From: Desulfatiglandales bacterium
GTDB taxonomy: Bacteria; Desulfobacterota; DSM-4660; Desulfatiglandales; HGW-15
Assembly: GCA_963667015.2 (NCBI GenBank)
Contig: CAXXJJ010000001.1
Location: forward strand, 1,184,001 to 1,248,000
Reading direction: 5' to 3'
DNA: 64,000 nt
Shown: piece by piece, positions 29,746 to 40,234 of the stretch
Layout: each line of letters begins with the position of its first letter
How positions within the stretch are numbered: the first letter of the stretch is position 1
Program-made: the position numbers and the translations under genes
Notes under the pieces: model-generated
What the model saw: only the letters and a program-made list of their open reading frames with translations
Database searches by the model: none
Told to the model about the DNA's origin: nothing

Positions 29746-30115
29746 AAATCTCCTGTTTTTAATATCTTCATATTTATTAGCAACAACCTTAAGTTTCTGA
29801 TCTGAGAAAAGATTAGACTTGTATTTGAAAGTACCCAAGATAAATAATCAAAAACCCTAAGTCAAGACTTACTTGCCTGATTTTTTTAATAAATATTTCT
29901 TTCTCAGTTAAAAACCGAAAGAAAATACTGAATTTTTTTCAGGATATCAAGTATCTTTGTCATAAAAAATCTATCGGAGCATTCCTTACAGGGTAAATTT
30001 CTTGATATTTCCGGCCCCTTTGATATAACACCGGATGCTTTCACATTTAATATAATATTACCGGCAGCAGGCTGGATCAAATCCCTTCCTTCGCCGTCAA
30101 TATGAGGAAATATAA

Positions 30116-31213
30116 ATGAAAAAACTGACAACAGAAAAGATTGAAAGGCTTATTCCATATCCACCGGGTAAACCCATTGAGGAGCTTGAGAGAGAACTGG
30201 GAATCACCGGGTCCATCAAACTCGCCTCAAACGAGAATCCTATCGGTCCTTCACCCATGGCAGTAAAAGCCATACTTGATAATGTAAACAGGCTTCACAG
30301 GTACCCTGATGGCAGCAGCTATTATCTAAAGGAAAAGATATCCTCTATCTTTGGTTTGCCCATGGAAAGGATTATTACCGGAAACGGCTCAAACGAATTG
30401 ATCGAACTTACTATCAGATCGTTTTTATCTCCGGGGGATGAGGTAATACAGGCCTTTCCAACCTTTCTTGTTTATGAAAAAGTTGTTAACGGGGCAGGAG
30501 GAGAACTGGTATCTGTTAATCTTAGGGATTTCAGGATCAGTCTGGATGATATAAAAGAGGTAATTACTCCAAATACGAAGATAATTTTTGTCAATAATCC
30601 TAATAATCCCACCGGGACAGGTATTTCAAAGGAAGAGATGCTGGATTTTATGAAATCGGTTCCGGAAGATATTATTGTGGTTCTTGATGAGGCATATATA
30701 GAATTTTCATCAGAAAAAACAGCAAAAGGAACGGACCTACTGAATGAGCGTGACCGGCTGATAGTTATGAGAACATTCAGCAAATTATACGGCCTTGCAG
30801 GATTGAGGGTTGGTTACGGATTTTCATCAGCGGAGATTGTCGACTATATAAACAGGGTCAGGCAGCCTTTTAATTCCAATCTCCTGGCCCAGGCTGCCGC
30901 TATTGCAGCACTTGATGACATTGATTTTGTCACAAAAACACTCAACATGGTAAAAGACGGGCTCAAATATCTATATGAAAAGCTTGATGAAATGGGGCTT
31001 GAGTATCTGCCCACGGAAACCAATTTTTTTCTCATAAAGGTTCCCACAGGGGGGAAAAATATTTACCAGCGTATGCTGAGGGAAGGTGTTATAATCCGTT
31101 CAATGGAGAGTTACGGGCTTGGAGATTATATCAGGATCAACGTAGGTCTCCCTGAAGAAAACGAAAGATTTATCAGCAGCCTGAAAAAGGTGATTGACAG
31201 CCTCGATAAGTAA
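30116..31213 (+). CDS. hisC: Histidinol-phosphate aminotransferase
   Basis: KLASNENP, NPNNPTG, DEAY, RTFSKLYGLAGLRVGY. Confidence 0.95.
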   Translation: MKKLTTEKIERLIPYPPGKPIEELERELGITGSIKLASNENPIGPSPMAVKAILDNVNRLHRYPDGSSYYLKEKISSIFGLPMERIITGNGSNELIELTIRSFLSPGDEVIQAFPTFLVYEKVVNGAGGELVSVNLRDFRISLDDIKEVITPNTKIIFVNNPNNPTGTGISKEEMLDFMKSVPEDIIVVLDEAYIEFSSEKTAKGTDLLNERDRLIVMRTFSKLYGLAGLRVGYGFSSAEIVDYINRVRQPFNSNLLAQAAAIAALDDIDFVTKTLNMVKDGLKYLYEKLDEMGLEYLPTETNFFLIKVPTGGKNIYQRMLREGVIIRSMESYGLGDYIRINVGLPEENERFISSLKKVIDSLDK

Positions 31214-31235
31214 TATGGCGAAGGATCTGGAACAC

Positions 31236-31901
31236 ATGAAAAAACCCGTAATAACCATTGACGGTCCGGCCGGGGCAGGAAAGAGCACCATAAGCCGTTT
31301 GCTGGCTAAAAAAATGAACCTCGTCTATCTTGATACCGGGGCAATGTACAGGGCCGTGGCGCTCCAGGCCAAAAGGATGAATATACCCTTTTCCGATGGA
31401 AAGGCCCTCTTTGAAATGTGTGAAAATATCAATATACATTTTAAGGGAGATGGGGAAGACTCTGTCATCTGCATTAATGACGAGGATGTTTCAAAGGAAA
31501 TCAGAATGCCCGAGATGGACATGCTTTCCTCTTCTGTTTCAGCGGTAGCTGAAGTACGAACGGCCATGACTGCCCTCCAGCGTAAAATTGGGAGGCACGG
31601 CGGTCTTGTTGCTGAAGGCAGGGATATGGGCACGGTGGTATTTCCTGATGCGGATTTTAAGTTTTTTATTACGGCCTCTCCGGAAATAAGGGCCCAGAGA
31701 CGATATAAGGAAAGAATAGACAGGAATGAAAATGTTAACAGGGAGGATGTGGAGGCAGATATCCGGAAACGGGATGAACAGGACCAGTCAAGAAAACTTG
31801 CTCCTTTAAAACCCGCTGAGGATGCTGTCATGCTGGATACATCCGAAATGGATATAAAACAGGTTCTTGAAAAAATAGTTGCTTCCACTGATAGTTTCTG
31901 A
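31236..31901 (+). CDS. cmk: Cytidylate kinase
   Basis: IDGPAGAGKST, DTGAMYR, EGRDMGTVVFPDA. Confidence 0.95.
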   Translation: MKKPVITIDGPAGAGKSTISRLLAKKMNLVYLDTGAMYRAVALQAKRMNIPFSDGKALFEMCENINIHFKGDGEDSVICINDEDVSKEIRMPEMDMLSSSVSAVAEVRTAMTALQRKIGRHGGLVAEGRDMGTVVFPDADFKFFITASPEIRAQRRYKERIDRNENVNREDVEADIRKRDEQDQSRKLAPLKPAEDAVMLDTSEMDIKQVLEKIVASTDSF

Positions 31902-31965
31902 TATTTAAACAGGTTTAAGAAAATCCAAATTACTAGGATAAATTATTCAGGGGGTATTTAGTTTA

Positions 31966-33885
31966 ATGGACAAACCAACAGACAAAATTTTAGACGGCAG
32001 CCAGGAAGAAGAAATTAACGATCAGACAAACATGGATGAAGATTTCAAGAATGACGAACAGGAATCTGATGATGACAGCATGAACAAGTATTTTTCTTCT
32101 GCTTCAGATGGCGAAGATGATGACGAATTCGGCGAAGACAGTTTTAGAGAGCTTTTCGAAAAAAGTGAGGAAAGTAAAAATATTCATGAGGGAGAGCTTG
32201 TCACAGGCGAGATCGTTATGATCGGCAAGGAACATGTCCTAGTAGATATTGGATATAAATCAGAAGGCCAGATACGTATCAATGAATTCATAGATGCTGA
32301 AGGCAACATGACCGCAAAGGTCGGCGACAAGGTAGATGTACTTCTTGAAAAGAGAGAAGACGACGATGGCAGGATTATCCTTTCAAAGGAAAAAGCCGCC
32401 AAAATAAAGATATGGGATGAGATCAAGGCCATATACGAAGAAGACAAGACCGTTGAGGGCGAAATCATCGCCAGGCTCAAAGGCGGAATGGCTGTTGACA
32501 TAGGCCTTCAGGCCTTCCTTCCGGGGTCACAGATCGATCTCAAGCCTGTGAGAAATTTTGATGCCCTTATAGGCACAAAACATGAGTTTAAGATCCTGAA
32601 ATATAATAAACGGAGATCAAACATTGTTCTTTCCAGAAGAGCACTGCTTGAAAAGGATCGCAAGGTAAAACGCGATCAGACCCTGCAGGATCTGTCTGAA
32701 GGAGCCGTATTACAGGGGACAGTAAAGAATATTACAGATTACGGCTTTTTTATTGATCTGGGAGGAATAGACGGGCTTCTGCATATAACGGATATTTCTT
32801 GGGGAAGGGTAGGACATCCATCCGAACTGTATCAGGTTGGTGATGAGATTACCGTAAAGGTCCTCAAGTATGACGAAGAGAAGGAAAGGGTTTCTCTCGG
32901 TCTTAAACAGCTCAATCCTGATCCATGGATCAATGCTGACAAAGACTACCCCATCAACACACGGGTAACAGGAAAGGTAGTAAGCCTTGCAGATTACGGT
33001 GCTTTCATTGAGATCAAAGAGGGTATCGAGGGACTTATTCATGTTTCTGAAATGTCCTGGACGCGAAAAATCAGACATCCTTCACAGATCCTGAAGGTTG
33101 GTGATGACGTTGAGGCGGTTGTCCTTAATATTGATTCTGATAACAAGAGAATTTCACTTGGTCTGAAACAGGTTGAGCCCAATCCGTGGGAAGTTATCGG
33201 TGAAAAATATCCCATAGGAACAACCATTGAAGGCCGGATAAAAAATATTACAGACTTTGGAATTTTCATCGGAATCGATGAGGGTATTGACGGACTTGTT
33301 CATATCTCCGATATATCATGGACAAAACGGATCAAACATCCTTCTGAGGTTTACAAGAAGGGAGAGGAAGTTCAGGCCGTTGTTCTTAACATTGATGAGG
33401 ATAACGAGAGATTTTCTCTTGGAATTAAACAGCTTACAATCGATCCCTGGGATGAAATTCCCGAAAGGTACAAACCCGGTACAAGGGTTACAGGAACTGT
33501 TACCAATATAACAGATTTTGGTGTTTTTGTAGAACTGGAAGAAGGTGTCGAAGGCCTTATCCATGTTTCCGAACTCACAAAGGATAAGAGCGGTAATCCC
33601 TTAAGCCGGTTTAAGATAGATGATGTAATTCAGGCAAAGGTCATCAATATCGCAAAGGATGACAAGAAGATTGGCCTTTCCATTCGCAAACTGGAAGAAA
33701 GCGAGGAAAAGGATGTCTACAGGAGTTACCTCAATAACGGAAAAGAAGCTACCTCGAACCTCGGTGAATTATTAAAGGCCGGTATGCTTGATCTTGAAAA
33801 CAAGCAGGCAGAAGAAGCAAAGGCAGAAGAGGAAACTGGAGCAGAGGACGAAACCCCGGAATCATCAGAGGAAGAGTCCGAATAA
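31966..33885 (+). CDS. rpsA: 30S ribosomal protein S1
   Basis: Six S1 repeats (DGLLHITDISW etc.) after cmk; acidic N- and C-terminal extensions. Confidence 0.97.
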   Translation: MDKPTDKILDGSQEEEINDQTNMDEDFKNDEQESDDDSMNKYFSSASDGEDDDEFGEDSFRELFEKSEESKNIHEGELVTGEIVMIGKEHVLVDIGYKSEGQIRINEFIDAEGNMTAKVGDKVDVLLEKREDDDGRIILSKEKAAKIKIWDEIKAIYEEDKTVEGEIIARLKGGMAVDIGLQAFLPGSQIDLKPVRNFDALIGTKHEFKILKYNKRRSNIVLSRRALLEKDRKVKRDQTLQDLSEGAVLQGTVKNITDYGFFIDLGGIDGLLHITDISWGRVGHPSELYQVGDEITVKVLKYDEEKERVSLGLKQLNPDPWINADKDYPINTRVTGKVVSLADYGAFIEIKEGIEGLIHVSEMSWTRKIRHPSQILKVGDDVEAVVLNIDSDNKRISLGLKQVEPNPWEVIGEKYPIGTTIEGRIKNITDFGIFIGIDEGIDGLVHISDISWTKRIKHPSEVYKKGEEVQAVVLNIDEDNERFSLGIKQLTIDPWDEIPERYKPGTRVTGTVTNITDFGVFVELEEGVEGLIHVSELTKDKSGNPLSRFKIDDVIQAKVINIAKDDKKIGLSIRKLEESEEKDVYRSYLNNGKEATSNLGELLKAGMLDLENKQAEEAKAEEETGAEDETPESSEEESE

Positions 33886-33937
33886 AAAAACCGGTCCTGA
33901 AACAGTATTGTGGAAGGGCCATATAGTAATAATCACA

Positions 33938-33964
33938 GCCTGCCCGTACCGGTTACGGGCAGGT
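33938..33964. terminator. Stem-loop between rpsA and sppA
   Basis: CCTGCCCGTA / TACGGGCAGG. Confidence 0.5.
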
Positions 33965-33998
33965 AATTCAAACCCAATCCTTCCAGAAGATACATACA

Positions 33999-34901
33999 AT
34001 GAAAAAACACCCGATACTCACCGTTTTTATTATTCTTGCATGCGTGATTGTTGTACTGACCCTTTTGATGACAGCCCTGAGCGGCTCTATCAGCAGTTCT
34101 TCAGGAATAGCTTTTACCAACAAGGTAGGCGTGATTCCGATAGTCGGTGAAATAAGCGACTCTACACTGGTTACCAAGCAGATTACATCCTTCACAAAGG
34201 ATAAATCAATAGAGGCAATTATCCTGCGGATTGATTCTCCCGGCGGGGGAGTGGGTGCTTCTCAGGAGATTTATCGCGAGGTTCTGAGATCAAGAGATGA
34301 GAAACCGGTGGTTGTTTCTATGGGCGGAACGGCTGCATCCGGAGGCTTCTATATAGCCTCGGCTGCAGACAAGATAGTGGCGAATCCAGGCACTATCACC
34401 GGAAGCATTGGTGTTATCATGCAATATTACAAGTACAAGGAACTGGCAGAAAAAATAGGGTTTACACTGGAAACCATTAAAAGCGGTGAATTCAAGGATA
34501 TTGGCAATCCCAACAGGGATCTGACTGAAAGGGACAGGGGAATACTGGATGCAGTAATATCCGATATCCAGTCCCAATTTGTAGATGCAGTTGCAAAGGG
34601 CAGAAACATTCCTGTTGAAAAAGTGAGGGAAGTAGCTGACGGCCGTATCTTTACAGGGGCAATGGCAAAGGAATGGGGCCTTGTTGATGAGCTCGGCAAT
34701 TTTGAAGACGCAGTTGCATTAACAAAAGAGCTTGCCGATATAGATGGTGAAGTTAATCTTGTGTATCCCCAGAAAAAGAAGCTTAAACTTCTTGATATCC
34801 TGCTTGGAGAAGCTGCAGAATCGATGTCAGGTATTCTCAAGGAAAGTATGAAAAACAACATGAAAGGCAGTATCGATTACAAATGGGATGGCCTGCCCTG
34901 A
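33999..34901 (+). CDS. sppA: Signal peptide peptidase SppA (S49)
   Basis: RIDSPGG, AASGGFYIA, TGSIGVI, KSGEFKD. Confidence 0.95.
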   Translation: MKKHPILTVFIILACVIVVLTLLMTALSGSISSSSGIAFTNKVGVIPIVGEISDSTLVTKQITSFTKDKSIEAIILRIDSPGGGVGASQEIYREVLRSRDEKPVVVSMGGTAASGGFYIASAADKIVANPGTITGSIGVIMQYYKYKELAEKIGFTLETIKSGEFKDIGNPNRDLTERDRGILDAVISDIQSQFVDAVAKGRNIPVEKVREVADGRIFTGAMAKEWGLVDELGNFEDAVALTKELADIDGEVNLVYPQKKKLKLLDILLGEAAESMSGILKESMKNNMKGSIDYKWDGLP

Positions 34902-34911
34902 TTTTAAAAGC

Positions 34912-35502
34912 CTAGAGCAGTGAACTGATATCTCCCTTTCCTTCACGTATCACTTCCGGGTCATCATTAATCAGAGAAATAACACTTGACGGTTCGGGGT
35001 AAAGTGCCCCCCCGTCAATTATTATATCGAGTGCAGACGAGAAGGCGTCCTGTATGGCGTACGGGTCTTCATGGATGGCACTTGTGGTGATTATCGGCCT
35101 GCCTAATGTACTCACAATCGAGAGGCATATATTGTTATCCGGCACCCTTATTCCCACGGTTTTTCTTTTTGTGAGCATTATCTTGGGAACGAGCTTTGTC
35201 CCTTCAAGTATGAATGTATATGGTCCCGGTAAAAGTCTTCTCATTGTCTTGTATGCATAATCAGAGACCTTTGCATACTGGCTTATCCCCTTAAGACTGT
35301 CGCATATAATGGAAAAGGGTTTTTTCAACGGCCTGTTTTTTAACTGGTGGATGCGCTGGACTCCCTTTTTATTATACAGATCACAACCCATGCCGTAAAA
35401 GGTATCCGTAGGGTAGGCAATCAGGCCTCCCCTGTCCAGGGTTTCGCATACCATATCTATGAGCCGCTGTTGCGGGTTGTCCGGGTTGATTGAAGTTATC
35501 AT
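34912..35502 (-). CDS. Sua5/YciO/YrdC family protein
   Basis: YPTDTFYG, PGPYTFIL, GIRVP, TTSA. Confidence 0.9.
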   Translation of the reverse strand: MITSINPDNPQQRLIDMVCETLDRGGLIAYPTDTFYGMGCDLYNKKGVQRIHQLKNRPLKKPFSIICDSLKGISQYAKVSDYAYKTMRRLLPGPYTFILEGTKLVPKIMLTKRKTVGIRVPDNNICLSIVSTLGRPIITTSAIHEDPYAIQDAFSSALDIIIDGGALYPEPSSVISLINDDPEVIREGKGDISSLL

Positions 35503-35629
35503 AGAGGCGGTTTTTATATAAAAACACTGAACATGTCAAATTAATAAGAAACCTGAATATTGACAAAATTAAAAAGAAATGCTCTTCTTTATGTTTAATT
35601 TATTAAACCTTTTAATTATAGATCAATAT

Positions 35630-36424
35630 ATGCTCCCATTTTATATACAACTAATATTTGCTTTTGTTTTCGGCCTTACAGTGGGCAGTTTTTTAAATGT
35701 GTGTATCTACAGGTTACCTCTTAAAAAGTCCATTGTAGCCCCTCCATCCAGCTGTACAGCCTGCGGGAACAGGATAAGATTTTATGATAATATCCCTGTA
35801 TTAAGTTATTTAATACTGAGGGGGCGCTGCAGAAACTGCGGAACACATTTCTCCATGCTTTATCCGATGGTTGAACTTGCAACAGGTCTCATTAGTATGG
35901 CGTTACTGATTCGCTATAATTTAAATAATCATGGCCTGCTCCAATATTTCATCTTTTTTGCTTTTATATCCGCCCTTATCTGTATCAGTTTTATTGATCT
36001 CGAACATATGATTATCCCGGATGTCATATCTATTCCCGGCATTATTATCGGGTTTCTCATTTCTTTTATTTCCACACATGTGACATGGACAGAATCCCTC
36101 CTCGGGATTGTCATTGGCGGTGGAATACTTTACCTTGTTGCACTCTTGTTTGAATTCCTGATGAAAAAGGAAGGAATGGGTGGCGGTGATGTAAAGCTCC
36201 TTGCCATGATAGGGGCATGGCTGGGCTGGAACTCGATTATTTTTGTTATTTTAGCGTCATCCCTTATCGGATCTGTGCTTGGTACTATCTCCCTGCTGAT
36301 GTCCAGAAAGGGGCTTAGCGCAAAGATTCCCTTTGGGCCTTTTCTGGCTCTGGGTGCAATATTATATGTTTTTTTCGGGAAAGAACTGACGGAATGGTAT
36401 CTTAACACCTTATACTTAAATTAA
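35630..36424 (+). CDS. pilD: Prepilin peptidase / N-methyltransferase
   Basis: GSFLNVCIYRLP, two CxxC pairs, GMGGGDVKL, IPFGPFL. Confidence 0.93.
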   Translation: MLPFYIQLIFAFVFGLTVGSFLNVCIYRLPLKKSIVAPPSSCTACGNRIRFYDNIPVLSYLILRGRCRNCGTHFSMLYPMVELATGLISMALLIRYNLNNHGLLQYFIFFAFISALICISFIDLEHMIIPDVISIPGIIIGFLISFISTHVTWTESLLGIVIGGGILYLVALLFEFLMKKEGMGGGDVKLLAMIGAWLGWNSIIFVILASSLIGSVLGTISLLMSRKGLSAKIPFGPFLALGAILYVFFGKELTEWYLNTLYLN

Positions 36425-36444
36425 TCGCAATTTATGGTGCATAA

Positions 36445-37998
36445 TTGAAAACGCCTATCTTCGGACTGAGAGCAGGTATACTGACACAGCTCATTTTTTT
36501 GATTGTCGCTGCCATGCTTTTGATAAATGTTGTTATTCTGAACCTTTATGAAAGGGATCTGATAAAGGCAAAGGAGCAGTCCGGAAATGCCCTGGTGCTT
36601 TCAATTGAAAATACCCTGCGGTTTATACTCCAGGACAGCGCTTCAAATCTTAAAGATATTCAATCGAATCATGATTTTAATGCCGTCGTATCTGACCTGC
36701 TCAAGGCTAGTGAGTTTTCAGGTCTTGCAATCATAGATTATTCCGGAGAAACTGTATTTAAGTCAGGGTTTTCCGGTGAGAGAAAACACTATGCACTGAT
36801 TATGGCCATAAGCGCTATGACTACATCAACCTGGTCTGTTAATTATATGGGTACCACATGGGGGGTTCTCTGGCCGGGAAAGAGCGAACTGTGTCTTTCA
36901 GCACCATTAAGATACAAAGGACGGGTAATAGGAGGTGTATCGATAATTACATCTCTTGTGCCTGTTTATGAAACATTAAGAAAGTCTGAAAAACTTATTG
37001 CTCTCTATGTCATCCTTGATACCATAATACTGGCGCTGGTCGGGATCTATCTGCTTTCAAGAATCGTTGTGGGGCCTATACACAAACTTCTCAGGATGAC
37101 CGAGGAATATGAGGACAGCGAATTTATTTCCTATAGCGGCGATACCTCCGCCAATGAGATAGGAAATCTGTCCAGGGCACTCGCCAGCATGCTCAAAAGG
37201 CTTGATGAGAATAAAAAGGAACTTAAAAACCATATTATTTCCCTTGAAAAAGCCAATAACGACCTGAAATCAGCCCAGAATGAAATAATAAAATCTGAAA
37301 AACTGGCATCAGTGGGAAGGCTTGCCGCCGGGATTGCACATGAAATAGGAAATCCTATAGGTATTATTCTGGGTTATATCGATCTCATCCAGAAGGGGGG
37401 ATTGTCCCTGGAAGAGGAAAAGGATTTCCTTGCACGGGTAGAAAGTGAAATAACGAGAATAAATGTAATTATCCGACAGCTTCTTGATTTTTCGAGGAGC
37501 TCTACAGAACAGATAGAAGAATGCAGCGTCCATGATTTGATCAATCATACGGTGGAAATGCTGAAACCGCAGGTAAGGATGAGGGAACTGGAAATAGTAA
37601 AGGAGCTCAGGGCAGAAAGAGATACTGTAATGGCTGATAAAAATCAGTTGCAGCAGGTATTCCTGAATATCCTGATTAACTCCATAGATGCAATGGAAGA
37701 ACAGGAGCATCTCGATGAAAAATCACACATCATGGTGAGCAGTAAAAATAAAACCGGTTCTATTATTCTTGATTTTACTGATACTGGCCCCGGCGTTTCT
37801 GCTGAGGACCTTGGACGTATCTTTGATCCTTTTTTTACTACAAAAGAACCGGGGCGGGGTACCGGACTGGGCCTTTCGGTATGTTACAGAATAATTGAAG
37901 GTCTCGGAGGCACAATAAAGGCTGAAAGCGCTCCGGAGGGGGGCATGACGATTAATATTGGACTGCCCCTTGATGAAGACCCTGATGAAATGTCTTAA
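36445..37998 (+). CDS. HAMP-domain sensor histidine kinase
   Basis: AGIAHEIGNP, QVFLNILIN, DTGPG, PFFTTK, GTGLGL. Confidence 0.93.
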   Translation: MKTPIFGLRAGILTQLIFLIVAAMLLINVVILNLYERDLIKAKEQSGNALVLSIENTLRFILQDSASNLKDIQSNHDFNAVVSDLLKASEFSGLAIIDYSGETVFKSGFSGERKHYALIMAISAMTTSTWSVNYMGTTWGVLWPGKSELCLSAPLRYKGRVIGGVSIITSLVPVYETLRKSEKLIALYVILDTIILALVGIYLLSRIVVGPIHKLLRMTEEYEDSEFISYSGDTSANEIGNLSRALASMLKRLDENKKELKNHIISLEKANNDLKSAQNEIIKSEKLASVGRLAAGIAHEIGNPIGIILGYIDLIQKGGLSLEEEKDFLARVESEITRINVIIRQLLDFSRSSTEQIEECSVHDLINHTVEMLKPQVRMRELEIVKELRAERDTVMADKNQLQQVFLNILINSIDAMEEQEHLDEKSHIMVSSKNKTGSIILDFTDTGPGVSAEDLGRIFDPFFTTKEPGRGTGLGLSVCYRIIEGLGGTIKAESAPEGGMTINIGLPLDEDPDEMS

Positions 37999-38009
37999 GG
38001 AGATTCCGT

Positions 38010-39389
38010 ATGGGAATATTGGGAAATAGAGTTCTGATAGTTGATGATGAAATGAATATGAGGCATATGCTTCAGACAATGCTCAAAAAGGAAGGGTATG
38101 TTGCAGAGACTGCACCAAACGGTGCAGAGGCATTATCGATTATGGAAGAGAATAATTTTGATTTCATCCTGTGTGATATACGAATGCCGAAGATGGACGG
38201 CATGGCCTTTTTAAACAGTGCCAGGGAACGGTTTCCGGATAAAACATTTATTATGATGTCGGCATACGGAACAGTCGATACTGCCCTGGAGGCAATGAAA
38301 AACGGGGCATATGACTATATCTCCAAGCCTTTCAAAACCGATGAGGTGCTGCTTACACTTAAAAAGGCAAAGGAAAGGGAACAGCTCAAGGAAGAGAACC
38401 TTATACTCCAGGACAAGCTGAGAAAGATAGAGCAGAAATACAGTTTTGGAAGCATTGTGGCAAAAAGCGAGGCCATGGCCAGTGTATTTGATCTTGTGGA
38501 CAGGGTGGCTGACCATAAAACAACGGTTCTTGTAACAGGTGAAAGTGGTACAGGAAAGGAGCTCATTGCAAAGGAGATACATGCAAGAGGGAGCCGATCA
38601 TCCGGCAGCATGGTTGCGATAAATTGTGCGGGCATACCGGAAAGCCTGCTTGAGAGTGAACTTTTCGGATATAAAAAAGGGGCCTTCACGGATGCTGGAA
38701 AGGATAAGCCCGGACTTTTTGCGCAGGCGAACGGGGGAACTATCTTTCTTGATGAGTTAGGTGAAATGCCCATTTCGCTGCAGGCGAAGTTACTGCGTGT
38801 ACTGCAGGAAGAGGAGATTACGCCCCTTGGAAGCACAAAACCGGAAAAGATTGATGTAAGGGTGGTTGCTGCCACGTCAAAGAATCTGGAAAAGGAGGTT
38901 GAAAAAGAAAGGTTTCGAGAGGACCTTTACTACAGGGTAAATGTCATGACCATTCACCTCCCGCCGCTGAGGGAGCGAAGGGGAGATATACCTTTGCTCG
39001 TAGGGCACTTTATCGATCTGTTCAATAAAAAACTCAATAAGAGCCTTGAGGGCCTTTCTTCAGAGGCAATGGCATTGCTTCTGGGACATGACTGGTCAGG
39101 TAATGTCCGGGAACTGGAAAACGTTATTGAAAGAGCGATTATCCTGGCAAAGGACAGGCTCATAACACCTTCTGACCTTCCTCCTTCCATTATCACTGGA
39201 AACAGTATCCTGACTTCTATTGAGCCGGGTGATACACTGTCAATAAAAAAGGCCTCCAGAAGACTGGAGGAGGAGCTTATAAAAAAGGTACTGAAGCTTA
39301 CTGAAGGTAACAAATCAAAGGCTGCAAAGATTCTTGAAATAAGCAGACCGATTCTAATTGCAAAAATAAAGGAATATGGATTATCCTAG
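38010..39389 (+). CDS. NtrC-family sigma54-dependent response regulator
   Basis: Receiver DIRMP, GESGTGKE, GAFTDA, HTH. Confidence 0.95.
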   Translation: MGILGNRVLIVDDEMNMRHMLQTMLKKEGYVAETAPNGAEALSIMEENNFDFILCDIRMPKMDGMAFLNSARERFPDKTFIMMSAYGTVDTALEAMKNGAYDYISKPFKTDEVLLTLKKAKEREQLKEENLILQDKLRKIEQKYSFGSIVAKSEAMASVFDLVDRVADHKTTVLVTGESGTGKELIAKEIHARGSRSSGSMVAINCAGIPESLLESELFGYKKGAFTDAGKDKPGLFAQANGGTIFLDELGEMPISLQAKLLRVLQEEEITPLGSTKPEKIDVRVVAATSKNLEKEVEKERFREDLYYRVNVMTIHLPPLRERRGDIPLLVGHFIDLFNKKLNKSLEGLSSEAMALLLGHDWSGNVRELENVIERAIILAKDRLITPSDLPPSIITGNSILTSIEPGDTLSIKKASRRLEEELIKKVLKLTEGNKSKAAKILEISRPILIAKIKEYGLS

Positions 39390-39434
39390 CGCCTGGTATA
39401 TCTATTGGAAGAAGATCTGAGACGAGTATTCAAA

Positions 39435-40211
39435 ATGGGAATCAAAAAGGTTATTTCGGGCGGACAGACCGGGGCTGATCAGGCAGCGCTTGATGCCGCT
39501 ATTGAGATGGGGGTTTTACACGGGGGATGGGTGCCCCTTGGCAGGCTCACGGAAAAGGGCAGGCTGCCGGTCAGGTATAAAATGCAGGAAATAAATGCAA
39601 TTGACTATGACCAGAGGACAGAGCTTAATGTGATGGACTCGGACGGCACACTTCTTTTCAGTGATGGTAAATTAGCGGGCGGTTCTGCCCTTACAAAAAA
39701 ACTCGCCAGGAAGCATCTTAAGCCATGCCTTCATATAGACGTTAAGGACGTAACCGAATACAAGGCCGTTGAAATCATCAAGTCGTGGCTTGAAGTAAGG
39801 AAAATAGAAGTACTTAATGTGGCCGGCCCGAGGGCAAGTGAAAGCCCTGTCATGTATGACATGGTCCTCAATATTATGAAATCGGTTCTCTACCCTCCAC
39901 CGGAAAAGATAGCCGTAAAACATCCAAAGTGTGCTGCAGAAGCAGTGGATGCCCTGGTATCCATGATGACAAAAAAGGAAAAGGTAGCTATCTCAAGACT
40001 GGCTGAGGCCGATATCAGCTACCCTTCTAAGAATCTTACACAGTTTATCAGTAAAAAATTCGGACTGGACACTGGAAATGAACCTCTTCTCCAATCATGC
40101 ATGCAAATAAGCAATAGTAACGATCTGGACTGGGCTGGTGCATCTGCAGTTATAATAAGAGAGCTGTGGTTAAAGCTGCATGAAACCCACAGGCTGAGAA
40201 GAATAAAATAG
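39435..40211 (+). CDS. Putative molybdenum carrier / cpYpsA SLOG family protein with C-terminal extension
   Basis: ISGGQTGADQAALD, RTELNV.DSDGTL, LNVAGPRAS. Confidence 0.85.
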   Translation: MGIKKVISGGQTGADQAALDAAIEMGVLHGGWVPLGRLTEKGRLPVRYKMQEINAIDYDQRTELNVMDSDGTLLFSDGKLAGGSALTKKLARKHLKPCLHIDVKDVTEYKAVEIIKSWLEVRKIEVLNVAGPRASESPVMYDMVLNIMKSVLYPPPEKIAVKHPKCAAEAVDALVSMMTKKEKVAISRLAEADISYPSKNLTQFISKKFGLDTGNEPLLQSCMQISNSNDLDWAGASAVIIRELWLKLHETHRLRRIK

Positions 40212-40234
40212 ATGTTTTCAAAATAAGGAAACAT